Below, one piece after another: positions 37,844-47,976 of a DNA stretch of 64,000 nucleotides (within the stretch, counting starts at the first letter, position 1; each line of letters opens with the position of its first letter). This DNA comes from a virus (lineage: Duplodnaviria > Caudoviricetes). Location of the stretch: IMG/VR virus record IMGVR_UViG_3300031998_000004; one strand, given 5' to 3'. Below the pieces are notes generated by a model. That model was given only the letters and a program-made list of their open reading frames with translations, had not been told where the DNA came from and did no database searches. A program made the position numbers and the translations under genes.

Positions 37844-40800
37844 TTATTCTCGGGAGGGCCAAACCTCAAAACCGCTCGCACGGTAGTTGCCGTTAAGGGG
37901 ATACATAATGGTACTACTGAAGCTCAGATAACGAGCGAGGGTCTGGCTGTAGGGAGCAAAAGTCCACCAGCTGCCAATAGAACCAACATTGCCCAGTCCT
38001 CCAGACTCTCCATTGCGATAGCCGCATGCGGGAAAATAAACACCAATCTTATCTATTGAATTCTTCTTTATTGTCCATCCGTTACTCCACGATCCGATGA
38101 CGTTAAACTCCGAAGTCGTCGATGAGTTGGCGCCGGTAGTTGTAAACCCAGTAGCGAACCGTCCAGCTGGAAGCATGTACCCGGCGGGAGATGGGTCATA
38201 GATGGTCTTTATAGCTGTGTCTTGGTTATCAGCAAGAGACGATGAAGCTGTCTCAGCAGCGTTCCAGAAGTTGTTAAACCACGCCAGGTTATTCCAGTTA
38301 TACGTTGTTGTGTTGTATTGCAAGAAGAACTTGTTTGGCATCTTGATCGAGTTTGCAACCGAACGCACCGTCCCCCCAGCATCACCGTCGTTCGCTACAC
38401 CGTAATTACCAAACCCCGTATATGTCGCCCCGGTCACATCATACAAGGTCATGTTGGTGGTTGAGTTGTATGTAGTAGGTGGACACATAGGGTCTTTCCT
38501 TCCCCACTGATAATGAGGAATGACATAGTGATCGTGAGCGGCGTTCCAGACCGCGCCGAGCGGGAGCCCAAGCATATCGTAATCGACACTAGTGTAGTTC
38601 GTGAGAGTGAACGGAGCGAGGTTGTCGGCAGTCATCCAGATCATCCAGCTCCATATGATGTCGTCATTAGAGTCGGTTATATATAAGACCGCGAGTGCAT
38701 TCGTAGATGGGACCTCAGTGACGTTGAACTGGAGATAGCGACAGTCTTGCCCACTGGTTAATGATATCCCGTTCACCACTCCTGCCTTCGTCTGCCAGAG
38801 GAGACCTGCGCCTGCAGCGCTGCAGCCTGCGTTCTCCTCGATGTAGGGACTGGTGAGGGTCGCTCCCAGGTGGTTGACGAAGTCTGCTGTATAGGTCGAT
38901 CCCTGCCTGGTGTAAGCCACACTGTTCGTCTGTCCGTTCTTCACCCCGTTCCCATAAACGAGTGGTATCTTATAGACGCCGGGAGATCTGACCACATAGC
39001 AGTTCGCGGTGTTCCTGAACAAGGTCTTCACACCACTCACGTCATACATTGACAGGTCGCGCACGTCATGCATCCCCACCAAGGCAGCATAGATCCCGGC
39101 GGAGGTCACTGGATTGAGGCTCCCCTCGGTCGGATACGCATCGAACGTCAGCGCGTCCTGCTTCCCACTCTCAAGAAGCGCCAGTACTGTCTGAAGTGTA
39201 CTTATGCTCGTCCCGGCAGCGTTCGTCCCGTCATATCCACCAATCCCTTTTACATACATATCTCCGTTCTGCATCACCTCGAGCGCATTCTTCCTATCGT
39301 TCGCACCGGTCCCTACACCAACACTCCCTGCTGTGTTCGTCCCAGACCCATACGTCCCAGACCCCCGGTTCGACTTGTTGTACTGCCCGAGGGCGACCTC
39401 GGATGTGTTCTTAGCTTGGTTGTCGTTATCCATCATCACACTCCCCTCGCCTTCACCGCTCTTCCAGAGCCCTGCTCCACTTTCTCCACTCGTGTACATT
39501 ATCGTTGACTGACAAGGGATGGTGTAAGGTGTGTCTCCATTCTCTGGTACCCACTGCTCGGTCCCGGTCGGATCGACTATGTATTGTACAGGCACGGGTG
39601 TGTCGAGAACCCAGGTCTCAGGTGTGGCGAGTTCATATATGAGAGTAACGCCATTCATTGCGGATTTGAAAGTGGCGGCATCACTGGAAGCGTAAGCGGA
39701 GTCAGAAATAATTACCCTATTTCCTCCAGGAGAAGTAGCCGCTTGTTCAAGAATAACTTTATCCAACGCATCTGCATTGGCATAAGATAAGCGTTCAGTA
39801 ACATCATATTTCGCACAAACGAGAATACTATCACCGATTCCTTCAACTATCCGTTTATCGTCAATTCCTGCCGAGAAAGTATGATTACCACTTGTATATT
39901 TCGTCCATGTCAGCGTCCCCATATCCACACTTCCCAATGGTCTCACAATCTTAGTTATGCAAGGCACTCCACCGACTCTCTCTACTATGACCGAGTCCGC
40001 AATCGATCCTGCTCGCCGTGCACCAGTTGGGAGTATCACCTGAGACGATCCGGTCGGAACCCCACCAACGAGTTTCTTGCCAGTTAACGTAGTTATATTG
40101 ACTGGGAGAGAGTGAGTTATATAAGGCTCGTATGTACCGTTCTTGGAAGCGTTGCTGAGGTTGATGCAGATGTCGTGGTTGTAAGTGGTTGTACTTGTAC
40201 CGATTGATGAGAATCTAATATATCTTACATTACTTAATGTTTGTTTTGTTGAATTAGCTTCAACATACTTATAAGTACCTGAACCTTGATTATAAGCAAT
40301 CACTAAATTTTTATTTATATCGTACATAAATAAATTAAATCCCACAGGAGATTTAAAATAATATACAGTATCGGGGGTTACTGGGATATAGTTTTTGCTT
40401 CTTATTTTATTGTTATTAACTGCATTTATTCCGGTTGAATCTATGTCACCCAACTCCCACTGCTCATCCCACTGATTAAATCCTACTGTCTTGAGGGTCT
40501 GACCACAGAAACTGAGTATGGTTCCTGCGTTGTATGCGTAGTAAGGTCTCAATCCAACGTTCTTCTCCAGCCACTCCTCTACCTCCGCCACTGTTGTCAA
40601 GTTGTCGATGCCGAGGAGGGTGAGGTCGATACAGAGGACATTGGTAAAGGAAAAATCAATGTCAGTATCCGGGTCTAAAACATTATATCCTCTAATCTGC
40701 AATGAAGTGCCAAAAGTGGCAGGACACGTCCATATATAAGAGAGTTTTGTCCAACTACTATATAGTGCATAGTCGACTACTCCTTGTGAAGCCGTTGCTG

Positions 40801-41326
40801 TTGGGATAAATGATATTTTAGTTGCGACATTATTTGATTTAACATTCAGCAAGAACAAATACTTATGCCCTACAATATATGGCATATTTAATTGTGTGCC
40901 GTTAATGGTAGTCGCTGAACCAGTTGCGGCTTTTACTACCGTTGCAATGCCATTGTTTACACTTGTGATATTCTCCCAACTTGTAGTTCCGCCCGCGAAG
41001 TTACCATTCTTCACCAACTGATTCCACACACAACTCTTCCCTTTCATCTCCACGAACTGCCCGCGGTTGATATCTGTGCTCGTCAGCGATCCATCTGCAG
41101 TTGGTCTGAACAAGAATTCTTTATTACTGTCTATGTATGTCTCTCCATCTTCATCGTTACCACTTAGGTCGGCCTTCAGATGGGCCTTTCCGTCTGATCC
41201 ACCAACCCAGACACCACCGTCCGTTGCGAAGTAGATCTTTCCGTCAACTGCTGTGTCGTATCCAGTCTCTCCCAAGAGCTCTATCTGTGCCCTGGTGAGG
41301 TTTCGTTTAAAATTCACATAACTCAT
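37844..41326 (-). CDS. DGR target: tail-fibre/receptor-binding protein with a hypervariable C-terminal (CLec-like) domain
   Basis: VR at the 3' end; TANCY, WSW.IW, YQWGRKDP, YDPSPAG, FPACGYR motifs. Confidence 0.9.
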   Translation of the reverse strand: MSYVNFKRNLTRAQIELLGETGYDTAVDGKIYFATDGGVWVGGSDGKAHLKADLSGNDEDGETYIDSNKEFLFRPTADGSLTSTDINRGQFVEMKGKSCVWNQLVKNGNFAGGTTSWENITSVNNGIATVVKAATGSATTINGTQLNMPYIVGHKYLFLLNVKSNNVATKISFIPTATASQGVVDYALYSSWTKLSYIWTCPATFGTSLQIRGYNVLDPDTDIDFSFTNVLCIDLTLLGIDNLTTVAEVEEWLEKNVGLRPYYAYNAGTILSFCGQTLKTVGFNQWDEQWELGDIDSTGINAVNNNKIRSKNYIPVTPDTVYYFKSPVGFNLFMYDINKNLVIAYNQGSGTYKYVEANSTKQTLSNVRYIRFSSIGTSTTTYNHDICINLSNASKNGTYEPYITHSLPVNITTLTGKKLVGGVPTGSSQVILPTGARRAGSIADSVIVERVGGVPCITKIVRPLGSVDMGTLTWTKYTSGNHTFSAGIDDKRIVEGIGDSILVCAKYDVTERLSYANADALDKVILEQAATSPGGNRVIISDSAYASSDAATFKSAMNGVTLIYELATPETWVLDTPVPVQYIVDPTGTEQWVPENGDTPYTIPCQSTIMYTSGESGAGLWKSGEGEGSVMMDNDNQAKNTSEVALGQYNKSNRGSGTYGSGTNTAGSVGVGTGANDRKNALEVMQNGDMYVKGIGGYDGTNAAGTSISTLQTVLALLESGKQDALTFDAYPTEGSLNPVTSAGIYAALVGMHDVRDLSMYDVSGVKTLFRNTANCYVVRSPGVYKIPLVYGNGVKNGQTNSVAYTRQGSTYTADFVNHLGATLTSPYIEENAGCSAAGAGLLWQTKAGVVNGISLTSGQDCRYLQFNVTEVPSTNALAVLYITDSNDDIIWSWMIWMTADNLAPFTLTNYTSVDYDMLGLPLGAVWNAAHDHYVIPHYQWGRKDPMCPPTTYNSTTNMTLYDVTGATYTGFGNYGVANDGDAGGTVRSVANSIKMPNKFFLQYNTTTYNWNNLAWFNNFWNAAETASSSLADNQDTAIKTIYDPSPAGYMLPAGRFATGFTTTGANSSTTSEFNVIGSWSNGWTIKKNSIDKIGVYFPACGYRNGESGGLGNVGSIGSWWTFAPYSQTLARYLSFSSTIMYPLNGNYRASGFEVWPSRE
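37849..38030 (-). repeat. DGR variable repeat (VR), 182 bp
   Basis: 18 mismatches to TR counted by hand, all at TR adenines. Confidence 0.95.
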
Positions 41327-41450
41327 ATAAATTAAAATTTATTTACCTTTTTAATCTGTGCACTCGCGTGCATGTATAAGTCATATAAATAATAACAAAA
41401 AAGAGACCCTATATGAGGGTCTCTTCATAGAGAGTTAATAAATTTCCCAA

Positions 41451-42542
41451 TCACTCATCCCAGGTCAGTGCCAAGATAGCTGTGTTAAGGTTGGTGGCTT
41501 GCTGCACAGTCATATAACCATCGTTTCCACCAGCACCACCTGTCTGTCCTGTTGCCGCAGGAATAGCCACTGTGTTACCACTCAGGGTGTGACCAGATAG
41601 GGATGTGTCGTGAACTACTGTCTTCCAGGCATCGCTCGCTGCTGATGCTGTACCCACGCTTCCAGTACCACTCGGTATGTTGGCTTTGCTGACTGTCACC
41701 ACTCCGTTCGTATCCTGACTGATAGAGGTGATAGCAGTCGTCGCCGTGCCGCTCGCCGCGGGATCCGGGACCGCTGTCTGTTTAGTCTTGTAGTTGAGTC
41801 TCGTTGCTATGTCAGCGTCAGAGATGGCCTTCATCTGTCCGTTCACTCCGTCAGTCACCACGAAGGTCTCGTTAGTCAACGCGTTGCTCCCTTTGTACAG
41901 AGCCCCGTTCACATCGGTTGTTCCAAACTTCTGCCATTTGGTGGAGTCATAGGGGTGTGTAGCGTCTACGGAGTCTCCTGTATAGACCCACTCAGAGCTG
42001 TCTGCTGTGACTACCCAGACATCACCTTTCTTTGGTGTGGTGACCGTGCTCTTGAGGTTCGCCTCAGTGTCGATAACACCTTCGAAGTGCATCACGGTTC
42101 CGAGCGCAGTGATCAGCCCGTCTGCATAGGTCTTCGCGTCGTCGTAGGCCTTGTCTGCTGCTCCAGCCATATCTGCCTTCACAGACGTGACTGACGACCC
42201 GTTTCCGTCGAGTACACCGTCGGTCTCGGCGATAGTGAACCCACCGACCACCTGGACGCTGCTCGTCCTGCTGCTGGCGGCGTCGCTCGCCCCACTCGCG
42301 CTTTTAGAGACACTTCCATCCAACCCAGAGAAGTCAGTTATATCTGCGACTCTCTTCAGGACCGCACCCGATCCCCCTTCGAGCGAACCTACATATAAGC
42401 GTGTTGCGAGTGATGATGCTATGTACCAACAGCCGTTGATGACCGCAACATTATTGACTCCGTCGTTGATAGTCCCACTGCCTTCAGCAGCGGTCAACTG
42501 TGCCTGCGTGAACTTTCTATTAAACTGTACTATTGAACTCAT
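41451..42542 (-). CDS. Putative tail-fibre protein
   Basis: AKTYAD, KKGDVWVV..SEWVY; N-terminus similar to the DGR target. Confidence 0.65.
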   Translation of the reverse strand: MSSIVQFNRKFTQAQLTAAEGSGTINDGVNNVAVINGCWYIASSLATRLYVGSLEGGSGAVLKRVADITDFSGLDGSVSKSASGASDAASSRTSSVQVVGGFTIAETDGVLDGNGSSVTSVKADMAGAADKAYDDAKTYADGLITALGTVMHFEGVIDTEANLKSTVTTPKKGDVWVVTADSSEWVYTGDSVDATHPYDSTKWQKFGTTDVNGALYKGSNALTNETFVVTDGVNGQMKAISDADIATRLNYKTKQTAVPDPAASGTATTAITSISQDTNGVVTVSKANIPSGTGSVGTASAASDAWKTVVHDTSLSGHTLSGNTVAIPAATGQTGGAGGNDGYMTVQQATNLNTAILALTWDE

Positions 42543-42551
42543 ATCCTTCTT

Positions 42552-42896
42552 TTAATTTTCTTGCCATTTTGATGATTTATTCCATCCTTCTATATCCTCA
42601 GCGGTAATCTCCATCGCGGGCTTCCCCTCGATCACACCTACTCGCTCGGTCAGTGCGCTCAGGTCAGAGACCGCCTGGTTCCACGCAGCTATGTTCTCTT
42701 CGGTCACTCCGCGAGCATCAAGCCGTTCATCGATCTTCTCATCGATAATAGACCCACCGACGAGCTGTTCGAGTATCTGATCATCCAGATAAGGAAGCCA
42801 GTGAAGCTCGTGACTCACCTCTCCACCGACCTCAACTATACTACTTCCGATATCGTTTTCGTATTTCTTAATCAATGACGTTTCCGCTAGATGCAT
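42552..42896 (-). CDS. Small tail-associated protein
   Basis: Repeated IT.E.I..WN motif. Confidence 0.55.
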   Translation of the reverse strand: MHLAETSLIKKYENDIGSSIVEVGGEVSHELHWLPYLDDQILEQLVGGSIIDEKIDERLDARGVTEENIAAWNQAVSDLSALTERVGVIEGKPAMEITAEDIEGWNKSSKWQEN

Positions 42897-42980
42897 GTTA
42901 ATAATATTAAGTTAATTAAATAATAATAAAAAGAGATATCCTGAGATATCTCTTCTAGTGTATGGGTATTATAGTATGTA

Positions 42981-43469
42981 TTAGATTTCAGTGCTAAAAT
43001 ATATTGATAAGTATCCGTCGTTTTGTGTACCTGTTGCAAAATGCACTTTAATCAACCTTTCATCTGCATCACTACTATTAGTTGTGACAAATATAGCAAA
43101 ATGTTTGTTATCTATATACTTCGACATCACTTTCCTAACACATTTAGTTAAATTGTGATTACTACTCAGGGCATCCGCGGTTGATATCTGGGTTGCGAGC
43201 AGGTAAACCAGTTCTCTCATCAGCTCGTCATCTTCTGCACTCCGAATCATATCCATAAACTCCCATTTATTACTAGACCACTTCTGTGGCTTGAAGTCTT
43301 TCATCGCTTTATTAAAGTCGTGTTTGATGGCTTGTTTTGCATCTGCTAAATATTCGGTATATCGTTGTGAAAAGAAGTGAACTTCTGTAACCAACGCATA
43401 CAACCACTCCTTCCCGGTATCTTTTTCTACCAGGTCACTATCAAAAAGACTTTCTACAAGACTCTTCAT
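42981..43469 (-). CDS. MKSL-family hypothetical protein
   Basis: MKSLVESLFD. Confidence 0.7.
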   Translation of the reverse strand: MKSLVESLFDSDLVEKDTGKEWLYALVTEVHFFSQRYTEYLADAKQAIKHDFNKAMKDFKPQKWSSNKWEFMDMIRSAEDDELMRELVYLLATQISTADALSSNHNLTKCVRKVMSKYIDNKHFAIFVTTNSSDADERLIKVHFATGTQNDGYLSIYFSTEI

Positions 43470-43888
43470 GGCTCTTCGACAGGTTCATTTACAGAGGGTT
43501 CTTCTGTCACAGTTTCTTTAGCGAGCACATCCTCAAGGACCTTCTTGCTGTCTTCTCCACTATAAGAGATGTCTTTTCCTCCACCACCAACACTCATGCT
43601 TCCGTTCTTCCAGATAGATGTGATTGAATGGAGACCGAGGAGTGCTGCGCCGGTGATGAGACTGGTCTGAAGTAGGTTTTCAACAATCATCACAGGACCC
43701 GCCGTGATAGTCAAGTACACTATACAACACATACTGACAAAAGCAATAAAGGCACCTACGAGTCGTTTTGCTGACCCGATGCCCTTCTCACTGAATGCTT
43801 CATACAACCAGGTTTTGAATGTCTTCTTACTTTTCTCTTTCTGCTGTGACGAGCGCATATGGTAATCCCATATATTTACATAACGCAC
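43466..43888 (-). CDS. Putative holin
   Basis: S.KRL motif, two TM helices, adjacent to the amidase. Confidence 0.6.
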   Translation of the reverse strand: MRYVNIWDYHMRSSQQKEKSKKTFKTWLYEAFSEKGIGSAKRLVGAFIAFVSMCCIVYLTITAGPVMIVENLLQTSLITGAALLGLHSITSIWKNGSMSVGGGGKDISYSGEDSKKVLEDVLAKETVTEEPSVNEPVEEP

Positions 43889-44483
43889 ATATATGCATGT
43901 TTGCTATAGTCTCTTTGCCTTCTTCTGATTTCAAGAACTCCACTTCTTTATGGTTAGTCATAAAGAGATTCTCTGTGAGCATCGCTGGACAGAGTGTGCC
44001 TGCAAGTACTGTGAAGTTAGCTCTCCACACACCTTCCTTTGGAGCACTTCTATTTCCTTTTAATCCAAACTCCTTCACAACATCATAATAGCAATGTGCC
44101 ATCTTGACACTCTCTGGTGAACAGTTATTGCTTACCCACACACTACATCCGCTAGCGTTGTCTACCCAGCCATCTCCTTTTGGTGAGGATGATGCGGGCG
44201 CTGCGTTGATATGTACAGACAAGAATCTACATTTCTTATCGGGGTTATCACGAACAACCTTATTAACTCTTGCACAACGTTTCTGTAAAGGAATGTCTTC
44301 ATCCTCAGGAACCACTTCAATTACCTCTACTCCAAGCCCACGCATCCCATCAACAATCTTCTTTCCCACTTCTCTATTCCATTCGCCTTCAAAGAGGGTT
44401 TCGTCTGGTGATCTCTTGCCTGCAGTATACTTTCTAGTTCCATGACCGTAGTCAACTAATAAGATGTAATTGTAATCGTTCAT
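43827..44483 (-). CDS. N-acetylmuramoyl-L-alanine amidase (Amidase_3), endolysin
   Basis: DYGHG, GKRSPD, E..WN, SVHINA, LTENLFM.N. Confidence 0.92.
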   Translation of the reverse strand: MNDYNYILLVDYGHGTRKYTAGKRSPDETLFEGEWNREVGKKIVDGMRGLGVEVIEVVPEDEDIPLQKRCARVNKVVRDNPDKKCRFLSVHINAAPASSSPKGDGWVDNASGCSVWVSNNCSPESVKMAHCYYDVVKEFGLKGNRSAPKEGVWRANFTVLAGTLCPAMLTENLFMTNHKEVEFLKSEEGKETIANMHICALCKYMGLPYALVTAEREK

Positions 44484-44539
44484 ACTTATATAGTAGTTTT
44501 ATTAAATAATAAAAGGAATCCTACTGGATTCCTTAGGTT

Positions 44540-45049
44540 TTAATACCCCCATCTCCTCAGCTTCTCTATATAAGCTTTTCTATCAACTCCTCCGTTCCGA
44601 TCCGCGCTCTTCTCCCATGGTTGATTGTAGTACCACTCACAACTATCACTGTATTTCCAGTTTGCATGGAATATTCTATCATAGATATTTCCCAGGAGAC
44701 TTGGAAGCCCGATAATTAGGAGATAAAGTGGTCCCCAACGTCGACTATCAATTGTATGTCCATACTCATGGCGCATCCCTTCAACCCAGTCTTCTCTATT
44801 CATAATGATATAATTACCAAGACTTATCCCCGACGGCATCTCGTCTGTGAAGTAGAAGGTCCTGCCGTTGAGTCGGTGATACTCCTTTTCTTTTCTGTAA
44901 AAGAGTAACATCAGCAGTCCAAGTAGGTTTTGTGGGGACTGCCAGATCCAAAATAATATTTCCTTAAAAGAGGACATTAAGTATGTATAGTATATTTGTG
45001 TGTTCGTTTTGCAAGAGTTCGTCTTTGAACTTTTCACATTTGTGTTCAC
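44540..45049 (-). CDS. HExxH membrane-associated putative peptidase (probable start MSSFKE)
   Basis: WQ.PQN.LG, GISLG, HEYGH, GPLYL..IGLPS, E..AD. Confidence 0.7.
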   Translation of the reverse strand: MNTNVKSSKTNSCKTNTQIYYTYLMSSFKEILFWIWQSPQNLLGLLMLLFYRKEKEYHRLNGRTFYFTDEMPSGISLGNYIIMNREDWVEGMRHEYGHTIDSRRWGPLYLLIIGLPSLLGNIYDRIFHANWKYSDSCEWYYNQPWEKSADRNGGVDRKAYIEKLRRWGY

Positions 45050-45956
45050 GGAAGATGAGTTTAGTGGAATCGAACCTCAATGACAGTGCGTTCAGTGCAG
45101 CAATTCTCTCTATACAATCCACTTGTCCACAGAGTTTGATACACATAAGCATCTCGGCAAGAGCGTCATCAGTAAACAGAGAATAATTTGTAAGTCGTTG
45201 ACTATCAACTAGATTGATAAGTACGTTGCATGTTTCCTTTATCTCATTCACCCAAGTCTCGTCGTTGACAATAGGTTTATCATAATAATTTGTGATATTG
45301 ATCACCCCGTGAGTCAGACCATATATATAATTATGTCTCTTGTTCTTTGATAACATCCATTTTTGTTCTCGTCCCACCTTCTCGATGTAGAATCTCCATA
45401 CACGTCTGTAACAGTCATTGATAGTTGACCAGTTAATAGGAACGAGATCGTTTCTGAGATTCTTTAAGTATATTATCTGTCCGATTCCGTTTATGAACGT
45501 GGTTCCTTGAATCTCATGCATCACTGTATCACGATCTGCTATCTCCATCATCTTAAGTAGGTAACGCCGATTGACTTTCTTTTCAACTCCTTCAGGAAGT
45601 GGAATTCCATTTCTCATAAGGATACATACCTTCTCCATAACATCAGTCATTCCAACATAGAACTTAATGTCTTCGTCGTCGAGTTGTTTGATTTCTTTAT
45701 TGTATCCGAACTCATCAGGCATCTCATCCCATATCTCATCCCAAGACATACCAAGTTTCTTTGCGAGATCCTCAGATGTCCATTTGAATAAACTAGTTTT
45801 AGTTCTGTTATCATCCAACAACCCCTTATAACCATTACAAAGACTCAAACGGGCCATAAAGTGTTGTTTCTTTGGAGTCCCGTTTAAGTCTCTGCTGTGC
45901 TGGAGATAAGTATCTGCAACGGATTTTGCCTTTATGTAGTGAGTGAAATCTATCAT
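44964..45956 (-). CDS. DUF3541-like alpha-helical protein
   Basis: HF..RL, IYGLTH, D..AE, EH.N.L motifs (family recalled, not searched). Confidence 0.55.
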   Translation of the reverse strand: MIDFTHYIKAKSVADTYLQHSRDLNGTPKKQHFMARLSLCNGYKGLLDDNRTKTSLFKWTSEDLAKKLGMSWDEIWDEMPDEFGYNKEIKQLDDEDIKFYVGMTDVMEKVCILMRNGIPLPEGVEKKVNRRYLLKMMEIADRDTVMHEIQGTTFINGIGQIIYLKNLRNDLVPINWSTINDCYRRVWRFYIEKVGREQKWMLSKNKRHNYIYGLTHGVINITNYYDKPIVNDETWVNEIKETCNVLINLVDSQRLTNYSLFTDDALAEMLMCIKLCGQVDCIERIAALNALSLRFDSTKLIFREHKCEKFKDELLQNEHTNILYILNVLF

Positions 45957-47629
45957 TAGATAATCTTTACTTTCTGCATCTCGTCAGTTAACATATGACC
46001 ATTATTTGGATGAACTGTATATCCGAGTTTTGCAAGGGTATCCCGGTTAAGGAGCATGTTGGTGGTTTTCTTTTCACGACTCTTAACAATTGCAATATAT
46101 GGATTTTTAATTTTTCTTAAACCGAGTGTAAGTTCTTTAACCTGAATAACCGGTCTCTTATAAGTATCTTCCCCAGCCACCGCATTAATATCACGTTCTT
46201 TATCAAACGTCATATTCTTACCATCAATCGAGAATGTAACTTTACCATCAGTTTCTGTATACTCACCAACTTCAAGAGTACTTGCAAATGTACTATTACC
46301 CGTATCAAGTTTTGCAAGAAAACTCTTTTCTACTCCATCTTCGAATTTAACAGTAACCGCTTCTATAAATCCAGCAGTCTTATCTTGAAGCATAAACTCA
46401 CTCGGATCATCAAGTTCGTTGAGAAGGATACTTACGAAGTTCTCTTTAATAACATCACTGATACCATCAGTACCCGGGCTTGCATTGACCTCTAACACGA
46501 CATTATCACCGAGTTCTTTATTACTTCCTTTTACGAGCGGCATAATATCAACAGCACACCAAGGCATCTTTGTAAGAGTTGCGGTTTTGAGAGCGATTTG
46601 TTCCTGTTCTGGTGTGAGTTTTACTGGTTCTGCTGCAGCACCAAGACTCACGTTACTCCTAAAGTCATTAGCGATTTTTACACGTTTCATGGCCGCGAGT
46701 ATCACCTGTTTATTACGAAGAGTGAGAACATGTACACGGATATCCCCACCATCTGCTTCTTCCTTCTTCTGGAGAATAAGACGACGTTCAGGATCGATAG
46801 CAAATACAAGCTGTAACCAAGCAAGAATTTTCTTACCATCTATCATAGCTACGCCTGTTCCACCGTGACCATCAAGAATCTTACATACAAAAGTTAATTC
46901 TTCATTTTTGTCCGGATCTTTCTCATTCCATTGAGGATAAACATCCTTCATTGATTGATTATATTGCTTTTCATCATAAAGGATGTCTTTTGTCATCAAA
47001 CAGAATCGTGGTTGAGGAATCTCACCTTTTTCAAGTAAGCATGCAGTATCATACTTATCACAGGCAAGCGCAGCGTACTGAACAGGATTTAATACGAGGA
47101 ACCCGCGGTCCTGTAAGAGCTTAACAATATGCTCACACTGGTCTTCATCCTGAACACCAAGCCTACTGAATACGAGTGTATCGAGATTAGATTGTTCCTT
47201 AATAGTGAACTTTTCATCACCATCCGTCAACTCAATAGTCTCTTCGCGATCGTCCGCTACCATCTCAGCTGCAACAAACACATGGAGTTCGGGGACGATC
47301 TCTACGTGTTTCTTTTTGAGAGCGTCAATAGCATCTATGATATTCTTCAATGTCTTATTGTTCTTTGGATCACGATCATTAGTGAATACAATGATGTGTT
47401 TGAAGATGTTCTTCAATTCCTTGGGATGCTGATCTGCGTAGATGACTTCGAATTTATCGGGATTAACGGTTTTCTCTTCTTCGTTTTTCTTTTCGTGAGA
47501 TTCTTTATCTTTATCCTCCATTTTTTTGATTTCGGATTTCTTTTCTATAATCTCTGCAGGAACAAGGTTATATTCCTCGTTTAACTGTTCTACACAGCTT
47601 ATATTGCTATAGTCGATTCTTTTACTCAT
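45956..47629 (-). CDS. rimK: RimK-type ATP-grasp ligase fused to a retropepsin-like protease
   Basis: DK, GHGGTGV, DIRV, FRSNVSLG, AVD, EVNASPG; C-terminal AKLDTGN. Confidence 0.85.
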   Translation of the reverse strand: MSKRIDYSNISCVEQLNEEYNLVPAEIIEKKSEIKKMEDKDKESHEKKNEEEKTVNPDKFEVIYADQHPKELKNIFKHIIVFTNDRDPKNNKTLKNIIDAIDALKKKHVEIVPELHVFVAAEMVADDREETIELTDGDEKFTIKEQSNLDTLVFSRLGVQDEDQCEHIVKLLQDRGFLVLNPVQYAALACDKYDTACLLEKGEIPQPRFCLMTKDILYDEKQYNQSMKDVYPQWNEKDPDKNEELTFVCKILDGHGGTGVAMIDGKKILAWLQLVFAIDPERRLILQKKEEADGGDIRVHVLTLRNKQVILAAMKRVKIANDFRSNVSLGAAAEPVKLTPEQEQIALKTATLTKMPWCAVDIMPLVKGSNKELGDNVVLEVNASPGTDGISDVIKENFVSILLNELDDPSEFMLQDKTAGFIEAVTVKFEDGVEKSFLAKLDTGNSTFASTLEVGEYTETDGKVTFSIDGKNMTFDKERDINAVAGEDTYKRPVIQVKELTLGLRKIKNPYIAIVKSREKKTTNMLLNRDTLAKLGYTVHPNNGHMLTDEMQKVKII

Positions 47630-47641
47630 AATAACATATAT

Positions 47642-47917
47642 TTATTTCACGCGGCTTACTATTAAACAATAGTCGTCTCCACGATGAATAAAACATTCAT
47701 TTGGTTTAAGTTTAGATGCTTTATCGCATATACTATCAATTTCCTCTTTATCATCTATATCAAATTGATCAATAATATATTTCTTTAAAGAATCGAAAGA
47801 ATACTCAATAGTAAAATCTCTAAGATCAGTTATATTACTTATATTAACAATAGAATATTTGATACTGTCTATATCAATTTTTCTTTTTTCAGTTATGTAT
47901 TGTATTAAATCTTTCAT
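47642..47917 (-). CDS. Hypothetical protein with an MKDLIQYITE N-terminus
   Basis: N-terminal motif shared with 9064..10029. Confidence 0.6.
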   Translation of the reverse strand: MKDLIQYITEKRKIDIDSIKYSIVNISNITDLRDFTIEYSFDSLKKYIIDQFDIDDKEEIDSICDKASKLKPNECFIHRGDDYCLIVSRVK

Positions 47918-47976
47918 GTATAAATAATAAAAGGAACCTCTTTCGAGATTCCTTTCATCTTAATATTTATATTCTA

